DNA of 45,372 nucleotides from an uncultured Candidatus Saccharibacteria bacterium (GTDB lineage: Bacteria; Patescibacteriota; Doudnabacteria; UBA920). Position 1 is the first letter of the stretch. Each line of letters begins with the position of its first letter. Both the position numbers and the translations under genes were made by a program. The stretch covers positions 108,966 through 154,337 of the forward strand of contig CAYYQK010000003.1 in NCBI GenBank assembly GCA_964473815.1, given 5' to 3'. A model generated the notes under the pieces. The model searched no databases and was not told where the DNA came from. It saw nothing but the letters and a program-made list of their open reading frames with translations. Positions 18,938-28,171 of this stretch are shown here, in pieces.

Positions 18938-19648
18938 ATGCTTGAACGCGTTCAGAAATTTTTAAGTGAGGCTGGAATAGCTTCTCGCCGAAAGGCTGAG
19001 GAGTTTATTAAGTCAGGCCAGGTTTCGATTAATGGGCGGCGCGCCAAGCTTGGTGATAAAGCTGACCCTAGCAAAGACGAAATTAAGGTTTACGGCAAAA
19101 TCGTAAACTCCCCTGGTAGCACGAAAATAAAAAAGATTTATATTGCTCTAAACAAGCCGGCTGGATATGTTGTCAGTAAACGTGATCCGCGCGGGCGTAA
19201 AACGGTTTTCTCGTTACTACCCGAAGACTTGCGAAGTAAAGTGCATAATGTTGGTCGCCTCGATTTTGATACCGAGGGTTTGTTGTTACTCACGAACGAT
19301 GGTGACTTAACTCAAAAATTGGCTCATCCAAAATACGAACACGATAAAGAATACGAAGTCATTACTAATGCGCCTGCTAAACCAGTACAACTTGAACGAC
19401 TCCGCGACGGAATAGAACTGCCGACAGGCATGACTTCCCCAGCCCAAATTCGCCAACGCAATGGCAAAATTTACATAACTGTACATGAAGGTAAAAAACG
19501 CCAAGTACGCCGTATGTTTAATGCAGTCGGCCTAGGTGTCCACAATTTAAAACGAATGCGCATAGGCAAACTCGAACTTGGCAAAGCCCCCCTTGGCAAA
19601 CTGGCACCTGGTGAATTTTTGGAAATCAAAAAAACTGACATTATCTAA
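18938..19648 (+). CDS. rRNA pseudouridine synthase (RsuA/RluB family)
   Basis: S4 domain ERVQKFLSEAG.ASRRKAE; VGRLD.DTEGLLLLTNDG; EGKKRQVRRMF. Confidence 0.93.
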   Translation: MLERVQKFLSEAGIASRRKAEEFIKSGQVSINGRRAKLGDKADPSKDEIKVYGKIVNSPGSTKIKKIYIALNKPAGYVVSKRDPRGRKTVFSLLPEDLRSKVHNVGRLDFDTEGLLLLTNDGDLTQKLAHPKYEHDKEYEVITNAPAKPVQLERLRDGIELPTGMTSPAQIRQRNGKIYITVHEGKKRQVRRMFNAVGLGVHNLKRMRIGKLELGKAPLGKLAPGEFLEIKKTDII

Positions 19649-19655
19649 AACTCAA

Positions 19656-20396
19656 ATGAAGTATAAACATTTAGTTGTTTTGATAATTCTTGTAATTCTG
19701 GCAACAGTAGGTTATTGGTTCTGGAAAGCACATCGACCAAAAGCCACTTCACCGGTTGTCTCGCAGACTCAATCTAACATTCAGCCGCCGCCGCAAACAA
19801 TTTTACCAGACACTTACAAAGCCAAAGTTGATTTCACTGTTCAAGCACCTTTTCATGTTTGGGATGAACTTCACAATCAAGCTTGCGAAGAAGCAGTAAC
19901 AATTATGGCTGTAAATTTTTATGAGCACTTCATTCCTGTTGGTCCTGATGGCAGAATGGATCCCCAAAAAGTTGATGACGAAATTTCCAAACTCACAGAT
20001 TGGCAACAAGATGTTTATAAAAATAATTTAAGCATCACTACAGAACAAACAGCGAGCATGATGCGTAAAGTCTACGGCCTTCACGCTAAAGTTGTGAAAT
20101 ATGATGTTTATGAGATGAAGAAAGCAATTGCGCTCGAAAATGGTTTGGTAGTTCTCCCGCTTAATGGCCGCGACTTAAACAATCCATATTTCAAACAACC
20201 CGGACCAGTCTATCACATGGTTTTAGTTAAAGGTTATGACAAAGATAACATTATTACTAATGACCCTGGTATAGGCAAAGGCTTTGATTATACTTATCCA
20301 TACGATATAATAGACAAAGCGCTCGGGAGCTGGGATTTACAAACCGAGAGTCTCGATCAAAACATTAAAGAAATGATACTTATTTACCCAGAATGA
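19656..20396 (+). CDS. C39-like cysteine peptidase with an N-terminal membrane anchor (start moved to ATG 19656)
   Basis: Q.CEEA (Cys), HMVLVKGYD (His), NDPG. Confidence 0.75.
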   Translation: MKYKHLVVLIILVILATVGYWFWKAHRPKATSPVVSQTQSNIQPPPQTILPDTYKAKVDFTVQAPFHVWDELHNQACEEAVTIMAVNFYEHFIPVGPDGRMDPQKVDDEISKLTDWQQDVYKNNLSITTEQTASMMRKVYGLHAKVVKYDVYEMKKAIALENGLVVLPLNGRDLNNPYFKQPGPVYHMVLVKGYDKDNIITNDPGIGKGFDYTYPYDIIDKALGSWDLQTESLDQNIKEMILIYPE

Positions 20397-22138
20397 ATTT
20401 ACTACTTAAATACTTAAAAAATTATAAAAGATTGCTTATTGCAGCCTTAGTGCTGGCGACTATTAACCAGGCTTTTTCTTTAGTTGAACCACAGTTGCTG
20501 CGAATTTTAGTTGATAAATACGCTGCCAACTTTCATCAATTTACCCAAACCGCTTTTCTTCGCGGAGTTGGTTTAGTTTTGCTTGCTTTTATTGTTACAG
20601 CGTTTATTTCCCGCGTTGCGAAAAATTTCCAAGACTATTACACCAATGTTATTATCCAACGCCTTGGTGCAAAAATGTACAACGACAGTGTCACCCATTC
20701 GTTCTCTTTGCCGTACGCTGTGTTCGAAGACCAACGTTCAGGAGAATTTTTGTCGAAGTTAACGTCCGCTCGCAACGACACTCAAAAATTCATGAACTTG
20801 GCGATCGGAACTTTGTTCGTTTCTTTAATTAGCGTCATTATTGTTCTGGCTTACGCTACTTATGTTCATTGGCTAATCGGCGTTCTCTATTTATTAATGA
20901 TTCCGACTATTGGAATCTCTACTTTCTACATCAGTAAAAAGATTCAAGCTGCGCAGGCACCGATTGTTGCCGAAACTCAAGGCCTGGCTGGATCAACTAC
21001 AGAAACTTTGCGCAATGTTGAATTGGTAAAATCGCTTGGTTTGGAAGGTCAAGAAATTAAAAGACTCAATAGCACTAATGTTGCAATTCTGCAGTTGGAA
21101 CTAAAAAAGGTACGCCTCATTCGTGCTTACTCATTTTTGCAAGGTACAATCCTGAATGCACTTCGCGCTGTGTTGATGTTTGCCATGTTCTGGTTAATTT
21201 TCCACGGGAGTTTAACAATTGGTGAATTCTTCACTTTGCAAATTTATTCCTTCTTTTTATTTGCTCCTCTTGGCGCGCTTGGTGACATCGCTACTAGTTA
21301 CGGGGAAACAAAAGCTAGTTTGGCTAAGTTGGAAGAAGTGTTGCAACAAGAACCAGACAAACAACCTGACAATCCAAAGCCAGTTGGTAAAATTGAAAAT
21401 ATTTCTTTTGATAACGTGTCGTTTGGTTATGCCACCGGAAATACTGATGCCATCGATAAAGTAAATTTAGATATTACTTCTGGGAAAACTGTCGCTTTTG
21501 TTGGCCCGTCTGGTAGCGGAAAATCCACTATGATTAAACTAACCGTGGGTTTGTATCAACCAACCGAAGGACAAGTGAAGTTTAATGGTATTCCAAGCAC
21601 AGAAATAGACTTAGTATCATTGCGTAATCGAGTTGGTTTAGTGGCGCAGGAAACTCAGTTGTTCTCGGGAACAATTCGCGAGAATTTGTTGTTCGTCCGT
21701 CCAACTGCGACAGATAGCGAATGTATCGAGGCATTGCAGTCTGCCAGTGCTGATTCTTTGCTAGAGCGCGGCGGCGAAAGTTTGGATACAAAAATTGGTG
21801 AAGGTGGTTTAAAACTATCTGGTGGTGAAAAACAACGCTTGGCAATTGCCCGTGCCCTACTCCGCCAACCTGACCTACTAATTTTTGACGAAGCGACTTC
21901 TTCACTCGACTCTATCACTGAAGAATCTATTACTCAAACAATAAAAGAAATTGAAAAGAACCGACCAAGTTTAATTCGAATTTTGGTGGCTCATAGACTG
22001 TCTACAATTATGCACGCAAACATTATTTACGTTTTGGAAAAAGGTAAATTAGTTGAGCAAGGTACACACGAAGAGTTACTAGCGAAGAATGGTTTGTACA
22101 ATGCACTTTGGCGACAACAGATTTCATCAAAAGAATAA
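20393..22138 (+). CDS. ABC exporter, fused permease and ATPase
   Basis: TMD plus Walker A GPSGSGKS, LSGGEKQR signature, LIFDEATS, VAHRLST. Confidence 0.95.
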   Translation: MNLLLKYLKNYKRLLIAALVLATINQAFSLVEPQLLRILVDKYAANFHQFTQTAFLRGVGLVLLAFIVTAFISRVAKNFQDYYTNVIIQRLGAKMYNDSVTHSFSLPYAVFEDQRSGEFLSKLTSARNDTQKFMNLAIGTLFVSLISVIIVLAYATYVHWLIGVLYLLMIPTIGISTFYISKKIQAAQAPIVAETQGLAGSTTETLRNVELVKSLGLEGQEIKRLNSTNVAILQLELKKVRLIRAYSFLQGTILNALRAVLMFAMFWLIFHGSLTIGEFFTLQIYSFFLFAPLGALGDIATSYGETKASLAKLEEVLQQEPDKQPDNPKPVGKIENISFDNVSFGYATGNTDAIDKVNLDITSGKTVAFVGPSGSGKSTMIKLTVGLYQPTEGQVKFNGIPSTEIDLVSLRNRVGLVAQETQLFSGTIRENLLFVRPTATDSECIEALQSASADSLLERGGESLDTKIGEGGLKLSGGEKQRLAIARALLRQPDLLIFDEATSSLDSITEESITQTIKEIEKNRPSLIRILVAHRLSTIMHANIIYVLEKGKLVEQGTHEELLAKNGLYNALWRQQISSKE

Positions 22139-22148
22139 ATACAAAACT

Positions 22149-22178
22149 AAAGGCCGTGAGTTCCTCACGGCCTTTTTT
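22149..22178 (+). terminator. Intrinsic terminator
   Basis: aaaggccgtgag-ttc-ctcacggccttt followed by a T run. Confidence 0.8.
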
Positions 22179-22194
22179 GTTCACTGGAAACGTT

Positions 22195-22668
22195 TTACGA
22201 ACCCGACGTCAAAGTGTAGATTCTCGCCTTTTCTTGAAGGTACTTGTAACCGACCGTATACCAATACCCAGCCGGAGTTGTTCCGTCGAGATCATCGATG
22301 GTCAAGATAGATCTCTCTCTCGCAACCTTCCTCAATCGAGCCAGGTTGTCCTTGAACATTTCTTCGCGACTATCGTCGCTCGTTGGAACGTCGATCTTGT
22401 CCAAAAGGATATCAGGAACTTTGAGACGGCGGCGGCTCGAAACTTTGCAGCCAAACTTCTCGTCTTCCTCGGCCTCGTCGAGCAGGCAAAAGAAGATGTC
22501 ATCGTCCTCGACCACGCAAGCGATGCATTTGTCTCGGATGCTCAAATCGACTTTGCCTTTGAGCGGCGGTGTCCACCCATGAGACAAAACCTCACTTAGT
22601 TGATGATAGGCCCGTTCAAAACGGTTCATGATCATAACACTACTTTGTGTTTCCATAATTTTATCCAT
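22195..22668 (-). CDS. Hypothetical protein
   Basis: 157-aa ORF; upstream promoter and SD-like aaggatgg. Confidence 0.6.
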   Translation of the reverse strand: MDKIMETQSSVMIMNRFERAYHQLSEVLSHGWTPPLKGKVDLSIRDKCIACVVEDDDIFFCLLDEAEEDEKFGCKVSSRRRLKVPDILLDKIDVPTSDDSREEMFKDNLARLRKVARERSILTIDDLDGTTPAGYWYTVGYKYLQEKARIYTLTSGS

Positions 22669-22686
22669 CCTTTATTTTGTAATACA

Positions 22687-22730
22687 AAAACCGTATAGCA
22701 CAGTATACGGTTTTCTAATGGTTTTGTCAA
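22687..22730 (-). promoter_or_regulatory. Consensus promoter whose -10 box lies inside an 11-bp terminator-like hairpin
   Basis: Minus strand TTGACA-N17-TATACT; hairpin aaaaccgtata/tatacggtttt at 22687-22714. Confidence 0.6.
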
Positions 22731-22741
22731 GAGATCTAGTT

Positions 22742-23239
22742 TTACTTTTTTTGTTCTTTAAGTAGCTGAATGTCTTCCATGAGTTTCATCATATCAGTTT
22801 GGATTTGATTCAAAGTTTTCATTGTAGCCGCGTCATGTAAGTCATCTTCTTCATCATCCTTTTCGATCTCATCCACGTCTTCCTGAATTTCATCAATATC
22901 TTTTTCAATACCTTCAACGTCTTCTTGGATTTCATCGATGTCTTTTTCAATACCTTCAACGTCTTCTTGGATTTCATCGATGTCTTCTTCTACTTCGGCC
23001 AAGCTCAAGGTGTTTTTGTTTACAGTCATCTGAATGAACAGGGCTAAATAAATCGCTTCTAAAGAAACCGCTGTGGTCAAAATGAGTAATACTGAATCGA
23101 GCTTCGCTCCCAACAAGACAAATACAAAAGCCGCGATGAACAAAATTGTGTGCACCACTATCGATGTTGTTGAACCGATCCACACTGTGAATCGTTCGGC
23201 AACTGGTAAATTATTTTTCTTATCTTGTTTGTCAGCCAT
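22742..23239 (-). CDS. DUF1003-like membrane protein with an acidic heptad-repeat coiled coil
   Basis: Two TMs, LSLEAIYL.LFIQMTVN motif, repeats of DIDEIQE/DVEGIEK. Confidence 0.75.
   Translation of the reverse strand: MADKQDKKNNLPVAERFTVWIGSTTSIVVHTILFIAAFVFVLLGAKLDSVLLILTTAVSLEAIYLALFIQMTVNKNTLSLAEVEEDIDEIQEDVEGIEKDIDEIQEDVEGIEKDIDEIQEDVDEIEKDDEEDDLHDAATMKTLNQIQTDMMKLMEDIQLLKEQKK
22857..22987. repeat. In-frame 42-bp tandem repeat (2 exact copies plus 1 degenerate)
   Basis: tctttttcaataccttcaacgtcttcttggatttcatcgatg at 22899-22940 and 22941-22982; degenerate copy 22857-22898. Confidence 0.9.
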
Positions 23240-23286
23240 ACAAGCAATTATAACATTATTTTAACCGCATTTGCTATAATATATCC

Positions 23287-24942
23287 ATGGACTTTGAGTC
23301 GCTGAAACAAAACTTTAAAGGCGAAATTACAACAAGTGAAGCAGACATTGAGCATTACAGCCGTGATGCGAGCATTTTTCAGATTGCGCCACAGGCTATT
23401 GCCTTTCCAAAAGATCTCGCAGATGTGCAGACGTTGGTTCGTTTTGTTAATGACCATAAAAAAGATAACCCTGGTCTTTCCCTAACTCCTCGTGGAGGTG
23501 GCACCGACATGACTGGCGGCAGTGTAAACGACTCTATAATTGTTGATTTCAGTCGTCATCTCAATGCAGTTTCTGATTTAACAGATACTTCAGTCACAAC
23601 CGAAAGTGGTGTGATGTTTCGAGACTTAGAAGTAAAACTCTCTGCCAAAAACCGAATTATGCCTGCCTACCCTGTTTCCAAAGCATGGGTATCGGTTGGT
23701 GGAATGGTTGGTAATAATTGTGGTGGTGAAAAAACTTTTAAATATGGGCAAGCTATCGACTTTGTCGAAGAGCTTGAGGTAGTTTTAAACGATGGTAATG
23801 TTTACAAAATCAAACCATTAAGCGAAGCAGAGCTGAAAGCCAAAATGGCTCAACCAAATTTTGAGGGCCAATTCTACAAAAACATTTACAATCTTATTCA
23901 AAGCAACTACAAAATTATCGAAGATGCCAAGCCTACCACTTCGAAAAATTCTTCTGGTTACTTTTTGTGGGATGTCTGGGATGGTAAAACTTTTGATTTA
24001 GTAAAATTGTTTGTTGGCTCGCAAGGAACGCTTGGGTTAATTACAAAAATTAAATGGCGCATTGTACCAATTCAACGTTATAGCAAGTTGCTAGTATTCT
24101 TCCTCAAGGATTTAAAACAGCTTGGTCAATTAGTAACCCACGTGAATGAACTATCACCTGAAAGTTTTGAAATTTTTGACAAACATACTTTTCACCTTGC
24201 TTTAAAATACTTGCCCGAGATTGTAAACAAGATGCGAAAGTCCCCTACCAACAAAGGTTCTTTGCTAAAATTGTTTTGGCAATTTTTACCCGAGGTCTTT
24301 ATGATGTTGCGCGGCGGATTACCGGAATTAGTTTTGCTTGCCGAATTTACTGGAGACAATGAAGCCGAAGTTTTAAAGCGCGCAAAAACCGCGCAACAAA
24401 ATATTGAATCACATTTCAATTTACCAACACACATCGCGAAAAGTTTTGAAGAAGCCCAAAAGTATTGGACCATTCGCCGTGAAAGCTACAACTTACTCCG
24501 CCAGCACAACGCTCGAAAGCTTTCTGCTCCGTTCATTGAGGATATTGTTGTTCACCCAAATCAATTGCCTGAATTCATGCCTAGGATTGATGCAATTATT
24601 GGCAAATACCCTGATTTTATTTACACGATCGCCGGTCACGCTGGCGATGCGAATTTCCACATCATTCCCCTGGTTGATATTTCCATTGAGAAACACCGCC
24701 AGCAGATAGTGCAGATGAGTGATGAGATTTTTGCTCTAGTTAAAAAATATAACGGCTCGATGTCTGCTGAACACAATGACGGTTTAGTGCGTGGTACATT
24801 TCTCAAATTTATGTTTGGTGATAAAATCTACGACCTCTTTAAAGAAACCAAAAATATTTTTGATCCACAAAACATTTTCAACCCACATAAAAAGTCAGAC
24901 GCAGACCTACAATTTTATGTAGACCACGTGCGACATAATTAA
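23287..24942 (+). CDS. FAD-binding oxidoreductase (GlcD/D-lactate dehydrogenase-like)
   Basis: PRGGGT...G FAD motif, GSQGTLG.IT, GHAGD.N.H, S.EHNDG..R. Confidence 0.9.
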   Translation: MDFESLKQNFKGEITTSEADIEHYSRDASIFQIAPQAIAFPKDLADVQTLVRFVNDHKKDNPGLSLTPRGGGTDMTGGSVNDSIIVDFSRHLNAVSDLTDTSVTTESGVMFRDLEVKLSAKNRIMPAYPVSKAWVSVGGMVGNNCGGEKTFKYGQAIDFVEELEVVLNDGNVYKIKPLSEAELKAKMAQPNFEGQFYKNIYNLIQSNYKIIEDAKPTTSKNSSGYFLWDVWDGKTFDLVKLFVGSQGTLGLITKIKWRIVPIQRYSKLLVFFLKDLKQLGQLVTHVNELSPESFEIFDKHTFHLALKYLPEIVNKMRKSPTNKGSLLKLFWQFLPEVFMMLRGGLPELVLLAEFTGDNEAEVLKRAKTAQQNIESHFNLPTHIAKSFEEAQKYWTIRRESYNLLRQHNARKLSAPFIEDIVVHPNQLPEFMPRIDAIIGKYPDFIYTIAGHAGDANFHIIPLVDISIEKHRQQIVQMSDEIFALVKKYNGSMSAEHNDGLVRGTFLKFMFGDKIYDLFKETKNIFDPQNIFNPHKKSDADLQFYVDHVRHN

Positions 24943-24949
24943 TGCAGGG

Positions 24950-24978
24950 TTGACTAAATCATCAAACTCTGCTAAAAT
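24950..24978 (+). promoter_or_regulatory. Sigma70-type promoter for the helicase gene
   Basis: TTGACT-N17-TAAAAT with TG extension. Confidence 0.55.
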
Positions 24979-24984
24979 CAACTA

Positions 24985-26538
24985 ATGATAAAACAGCCTA
25001 CTGAAGAGGCTAATGGTATAAAGTTTAGTGCACTAGGGATTGCACCAAAGCTGCTCGAAATTTTGCAGCGAAACAAATTCATTACTCCTACTCCGATTCA
25101 GGAACAATCTATTCCTGCTGCTTTAACCGGCAGCGATATTATGGGTATTGCCCAAACCGGGACTGGCAAGACCCTGGCTTTTGGTTTGCCCATGATTCAA
25201 CGTCTTGCCCAAGACAACAGTAAACCAGACAGCAAAAAAATTGGCCTAGTAGTTTTGCCGACTCGCGAATTAGCTTTGCAAGTTAACGAAACTTTAAAAA
25301 AAGTTGGTGGCCCGATTGGTTTGAAAACTGCCATTCTAATTGGTGGTGAAAATATTGGTCGCCAAATTTCTGCTTTGAAAAAAGATCCGCATGTGTTAAT
25401 TGCAACACCCGGTCGCTTAATTGATCACATTGATCAGAAAACGGTAAACCTTGCCCGCACATCAGTGTTAGTTTTAGACGAAGCTGATCGCATGCTCGAC
25501 ATGGGTTTTGCACCGCAGATCAATAAGATTTTAGAAAAGGTGCCAAAACTTCGCCAGACAATGTTATTCTCGGCAACCATGCCTCACGAAATTGTAAAGA
25601 TCGCTAATTCGTACATGCGTACACCAGTGCGAATCGAAGTGGCACCTGCTGGCAGTGCAGTGAAATCTGTTAGTCAAGAAATTTACTTTTTGGATCGTGG
25701 TCAAAAACTTTCTTTACTCAAAAAGTTACTTGCAGACTACGATGGCACAGTACTAGTTTTCTCACGTACAAAATACGGTGCCAAGAAAATTGCTCGTGAT
25801 ATTCGCAACATGAAGATCACTGCAACTGAGATCCATTCTAACCGCTCGCTTAACCAACGCCTCGAAGCCCTTGATGGCTTCAAAAAAGGCAAGTACCGCG
25901 TGCTCGTTGCCACAGATATTGCCGCTCGCGGTATCGATGTAACTGGTATTCAATTGGTTATTAACTACGACTTACCTGATCAAGCCGAAGACTATGTGCA
26001 CCGCATTGGCCGTACTGGCCGTGCAAATATGAAAGGTCATGCAATTTCGTTTGCAACGCACGACCAACGCCGCGATGTAAATATTATCGAAAAACTTATT
26101 CGCAAGGCTTTGCCTGTAGCGACTTTACCGGAACTGGAAAAAGTTACCTCAGTTACACCATCTCGCCCACCTCGCGAGGATTCTCGAGGTCGGGGGCGCG
26201 ACAGTGGACGAGGTCGTGAGAGTGGGCGCAGCCGCGACTCTGGTCGCCGAGACTCTCGCCCGAGACACCACGACAATACTCGTAGCACGACGCCTGCAAG
26301 TGACAGACCACAACGATATGGTTCTCCTCGCCAAAATTCACGCTCCCGAAGCGACAAACCACGCAACAGTTACGAACGAAGTCAATCAGGATCCAAATCT
26401 AAACCAAACTCCCGGGGCAAAAAGAAATGGTCTGATTACGAACGCGGCCGTAAACCTGCACCACAATCACTCAAGAAAATCTCCCAAAGTAGCCGAGGAT
26501 TCTTCATCAGCAGAAAATCCCACCTCGAAGACGAATAG
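24985..26538 (+). CDS. DEAD-box RNA helicase with an R/S/G-rich C-terminal tail
   Basis: PTPIQ, AQTGTGKT, PTRELA, LDEAD, SAT, ARGID, HRIGRTGR. Confidence 0.96.
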   Translation: MIKQPTEEANGIKFSALGIAPKLLEILQRNKFITPTPIQEQSIPAALTGSDIMGIAQTGTGKTLAFGLPMIQRLAQDNSKPDSKKIGLVVLPTRELALQVNETLKKVGGPIGLKTAILIGGENIGRQISALKKDPHVLIATPGRLIDHIDQKTVNLARTSVLVLDEADRMLDMGFAPQINKILEKVPKLRQTMLFSATMPHEIVKIANSYMRTPVRIEVAPAGSAVKSVSQEIYFLDRGQKLSLLKKLLADYDGTVLVFSRTKYGAKKIARDIRNMKITATEIHSNRSLNQRLEALDGFKKGKYRVLVATDIAARGIDVTGIQLVINYDLPDQAEDYVHRIGRTGRANMKGHAISFATHDQRRDVNIIEKLIRKALPVATLPELEKVTSVTPSRPPREDSRGRGRDSGRGRESGRSRDSGRRDSRPRHHDNTRSTTPASDRPQRYGSPRQNSRSRSDKPRNSYERSQSGSKSKPNSRGKKKWSDYERGRKPAPQSLKKISQSSRGFFISRKSHLEDE

Positions 26539-26568
26539 AAGCTGAGTAATCGGATTTATTAAAATACG

Positions 26569-26597
26569 AAAGCCCCGCCATATTGGCGAGGCTTTTT
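26569..26597. terminator. Terminator between convergent genes
   Basis: aaagccccgcca-tat-tggcgaggcttt. Confidence 0.7.
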
Positions 26598-26629
26598 CTA
26601 TATCAGAGTATCGGTGTTGCTGTTGTCGA

Positions 26630-27418
26630 TTATAACAGCTTTACTTTGATTGCATTAAATACATTTAGAACCGAATCCCAGAATCCCAGCACTTTCGCCT
26701 TCATACCAACTTGTACATCAGCGGAAGTTAAATTGCTGTCGTTTGTATTGCTGTTGTTGTCACTGAAGTGGGTATCGCTATCGGTGTTTACAGTGATAGT
26801 TGTACCGTCATCTTTAGTTTGAACAGTCAACGCACCAGTCGTGCTATTCACTGCAGTAACAGTTCCAGTGGCGATCGCTGGCTTCAAGTTAACTGGCAAC
26901 ACATAAACTACAGAGGCGTTTATATCATTCCCAGATTTTTGTCCGGTGATATGAACGGCATCTCCAACATTGATGTCAGCTAAAGCAATTACTGTGCGCG
27001 GTATGCGAACGATTTTAGCTGAGTCGGCATCAATAGTGAAGATGGTGCCATCTTTGGCTTTGATAGTAAAGCCAGAACTTGAAGTTGCAGTTACTGTGCC
27101 GTTATAAAAGAGGTTGGCAATGAAGCCGTGATCTTTTAATTCGCCCAGACGCAGGTGTAACCCGCGGTTATTTAATCGACCATGATTATCTTCCTTATTT
27201 TGGTCTTTATCTTGGTCGTTATCATCTTTGACTTGAGTATTACTGTTAACATTAGTGTTTGCATTCGAGTCAAAAACTTTTACGCCAAACTCATTTGTTA
27301 CCCAAGCACCTGTACGGTTGTCACCACGGCTATCCATCCCATGAGCCAAGGCCAAACTTGGAAAGATTACTGCAGCGATAGCGAACACCGCTACAAATTT
27401 GGATATGTTTTTCAACAT
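26630..27418 (-). CDS. Secreted protein with two DUF5666-like beta domains
   Basis: Signal peptide (ALA-H); two G.VTA......T..T.D.T..I...D..VG..V...G repeats. Confidence 0.75.
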   Translation of the reverse strand: MLKNISKFVAVFAIAAVIFPSLALAHGMDSRGDNRTGAWVTNEFGVKVFDSNANTNVNSNTQVKDDNDQDKDQNKEDNHGRLNNRGLHLRLGELKDHGFIANLFYNGTVTATSSSGFTIKAKDGTIFTIDADSAKIVRIPRTVIALADINVGDAVHITGQKSGNDINASVVYVLPVNLKPAIATGTVTAVNSTTGALTVQTKDDGTTITVNTDSDTHFSDNNSNTNDSNLTSADVQVGMKAKVLGFWDSVLNVFNAIKVKLL

Positions 27419-27465
27419 AAGGTGTCCTTTCTTTCTTAAATTTCTAAATTGATCCCTCTAGGTAA

Positions 27466-27495
27466 TATATCGTTCTCATTAAGCGAAATGTTTCA
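27466..27495 (-). promoter_or_regulatory. Putative ECF-sigma promoter for the DUF5666-like gene
   Basis: Minus strand TGAAAC-N17-CGATATA. Confidence 0.65.
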
Positions 27496-27575
27496 AAGAA
27501 AACTAGGCTAAAATAAGCGTTATTTTATCTTCATGAAAAAATGTTAGAATTATTTAGAAATATTGTAAGATTTCT

Positions 27576-27605
27576 TGAAACATTCTTTAACTATTTAGCG
27601 ATATA
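27576..27605 (+). promoter_or_regulatory. Putative autoregulatory ECF-sigma promoter
   Basis: TGAAAC-N17-CGATATA, same motif and spacing as the divergent promoter. Confidence 0.65.
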
Positions 27606-27616
27606 CGTACTGACGG

Positions 27617-28171
27617 ATGAATATAGACAAAAACCAAGTATTAGGGTTGGTTAACAGAATGAAGTCCGGAGATCAGGAAGCTTTTTCTGACCTCTACGAC
27701 CAATTCGCCAAACAAATATATGCCTATATCCGTATCAAGGTAAGTGATCAGTCTTTAGCTGAGGATATTTTACAAGAAGTATTCTTAAAAGCTTGGACGG
27801 GCGCTAAAGGCCTTGATGTAACTAATCTTAATTTTTCTGCGTGGCTTTACAAAGTCGCGGGGAACACAATCAATGATTATTACCGGAAAAAATATCGACA
27901 ACCACCGGAAGTCGCGCTCGAAGAAGCCAGAGAGCTTGCAGGTCAAGATGACTTGGCCGCTGATGCGAGCAACCGATTTGAAAAAGAATCTGTTAAGCGT
28001 GTCATGGCTTCTCTCCCAACCCACTACAAAGAAGTGATAGAACTGAGATTTTTTCAAGATTTTTCGATTGCTGATACAGCAAAGATTATGGGAAAAAATA
28101 GCGTTACTGTCCGGGTGTGGCAGCATCGCGCTTTGGCGTCTTTAAAAAAATTATTTGAAAACTATGAATGA
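27617..28171 (+). CDS. ECF (extracytoplasmic function) sigma-70 factor
   Basis: GD.EAF..LY, AEDILQEVFLKAW, F.AWLY.VA.N...D.YR, region 4 S..DTA..MG....TV.V...RA. Confidence 0.92.
   Translation: MNIDKNQVLGLVNRMKSGDQEAFSDLYDQFAKQIYAYIRIKVSDQSLAEDILQEVFLKAWTGAKGLDVTNLNFSAWLYKVAGNTINDYYRKKYRQPPEVALEEARELAGQDDLAADASNRFEKESVKRVMASLPTHYKEVIELRFFQDFSIADTAKIMGKNSVTVRVWQHRALASLKKLFENYE

Noticed and set aside
22108-22599. 163-aa plus-strand ORF
   Set aside because: Antisense to the 22195-22668 ORF and crosses the ABC gene terminator.
26149-26330. Repetitive RGRDSG-like tract in the helicase tail
   Set aside because: Low-complexity disordered tails are common in DEAD-box helicases; nucleotide repeats are degenerate.
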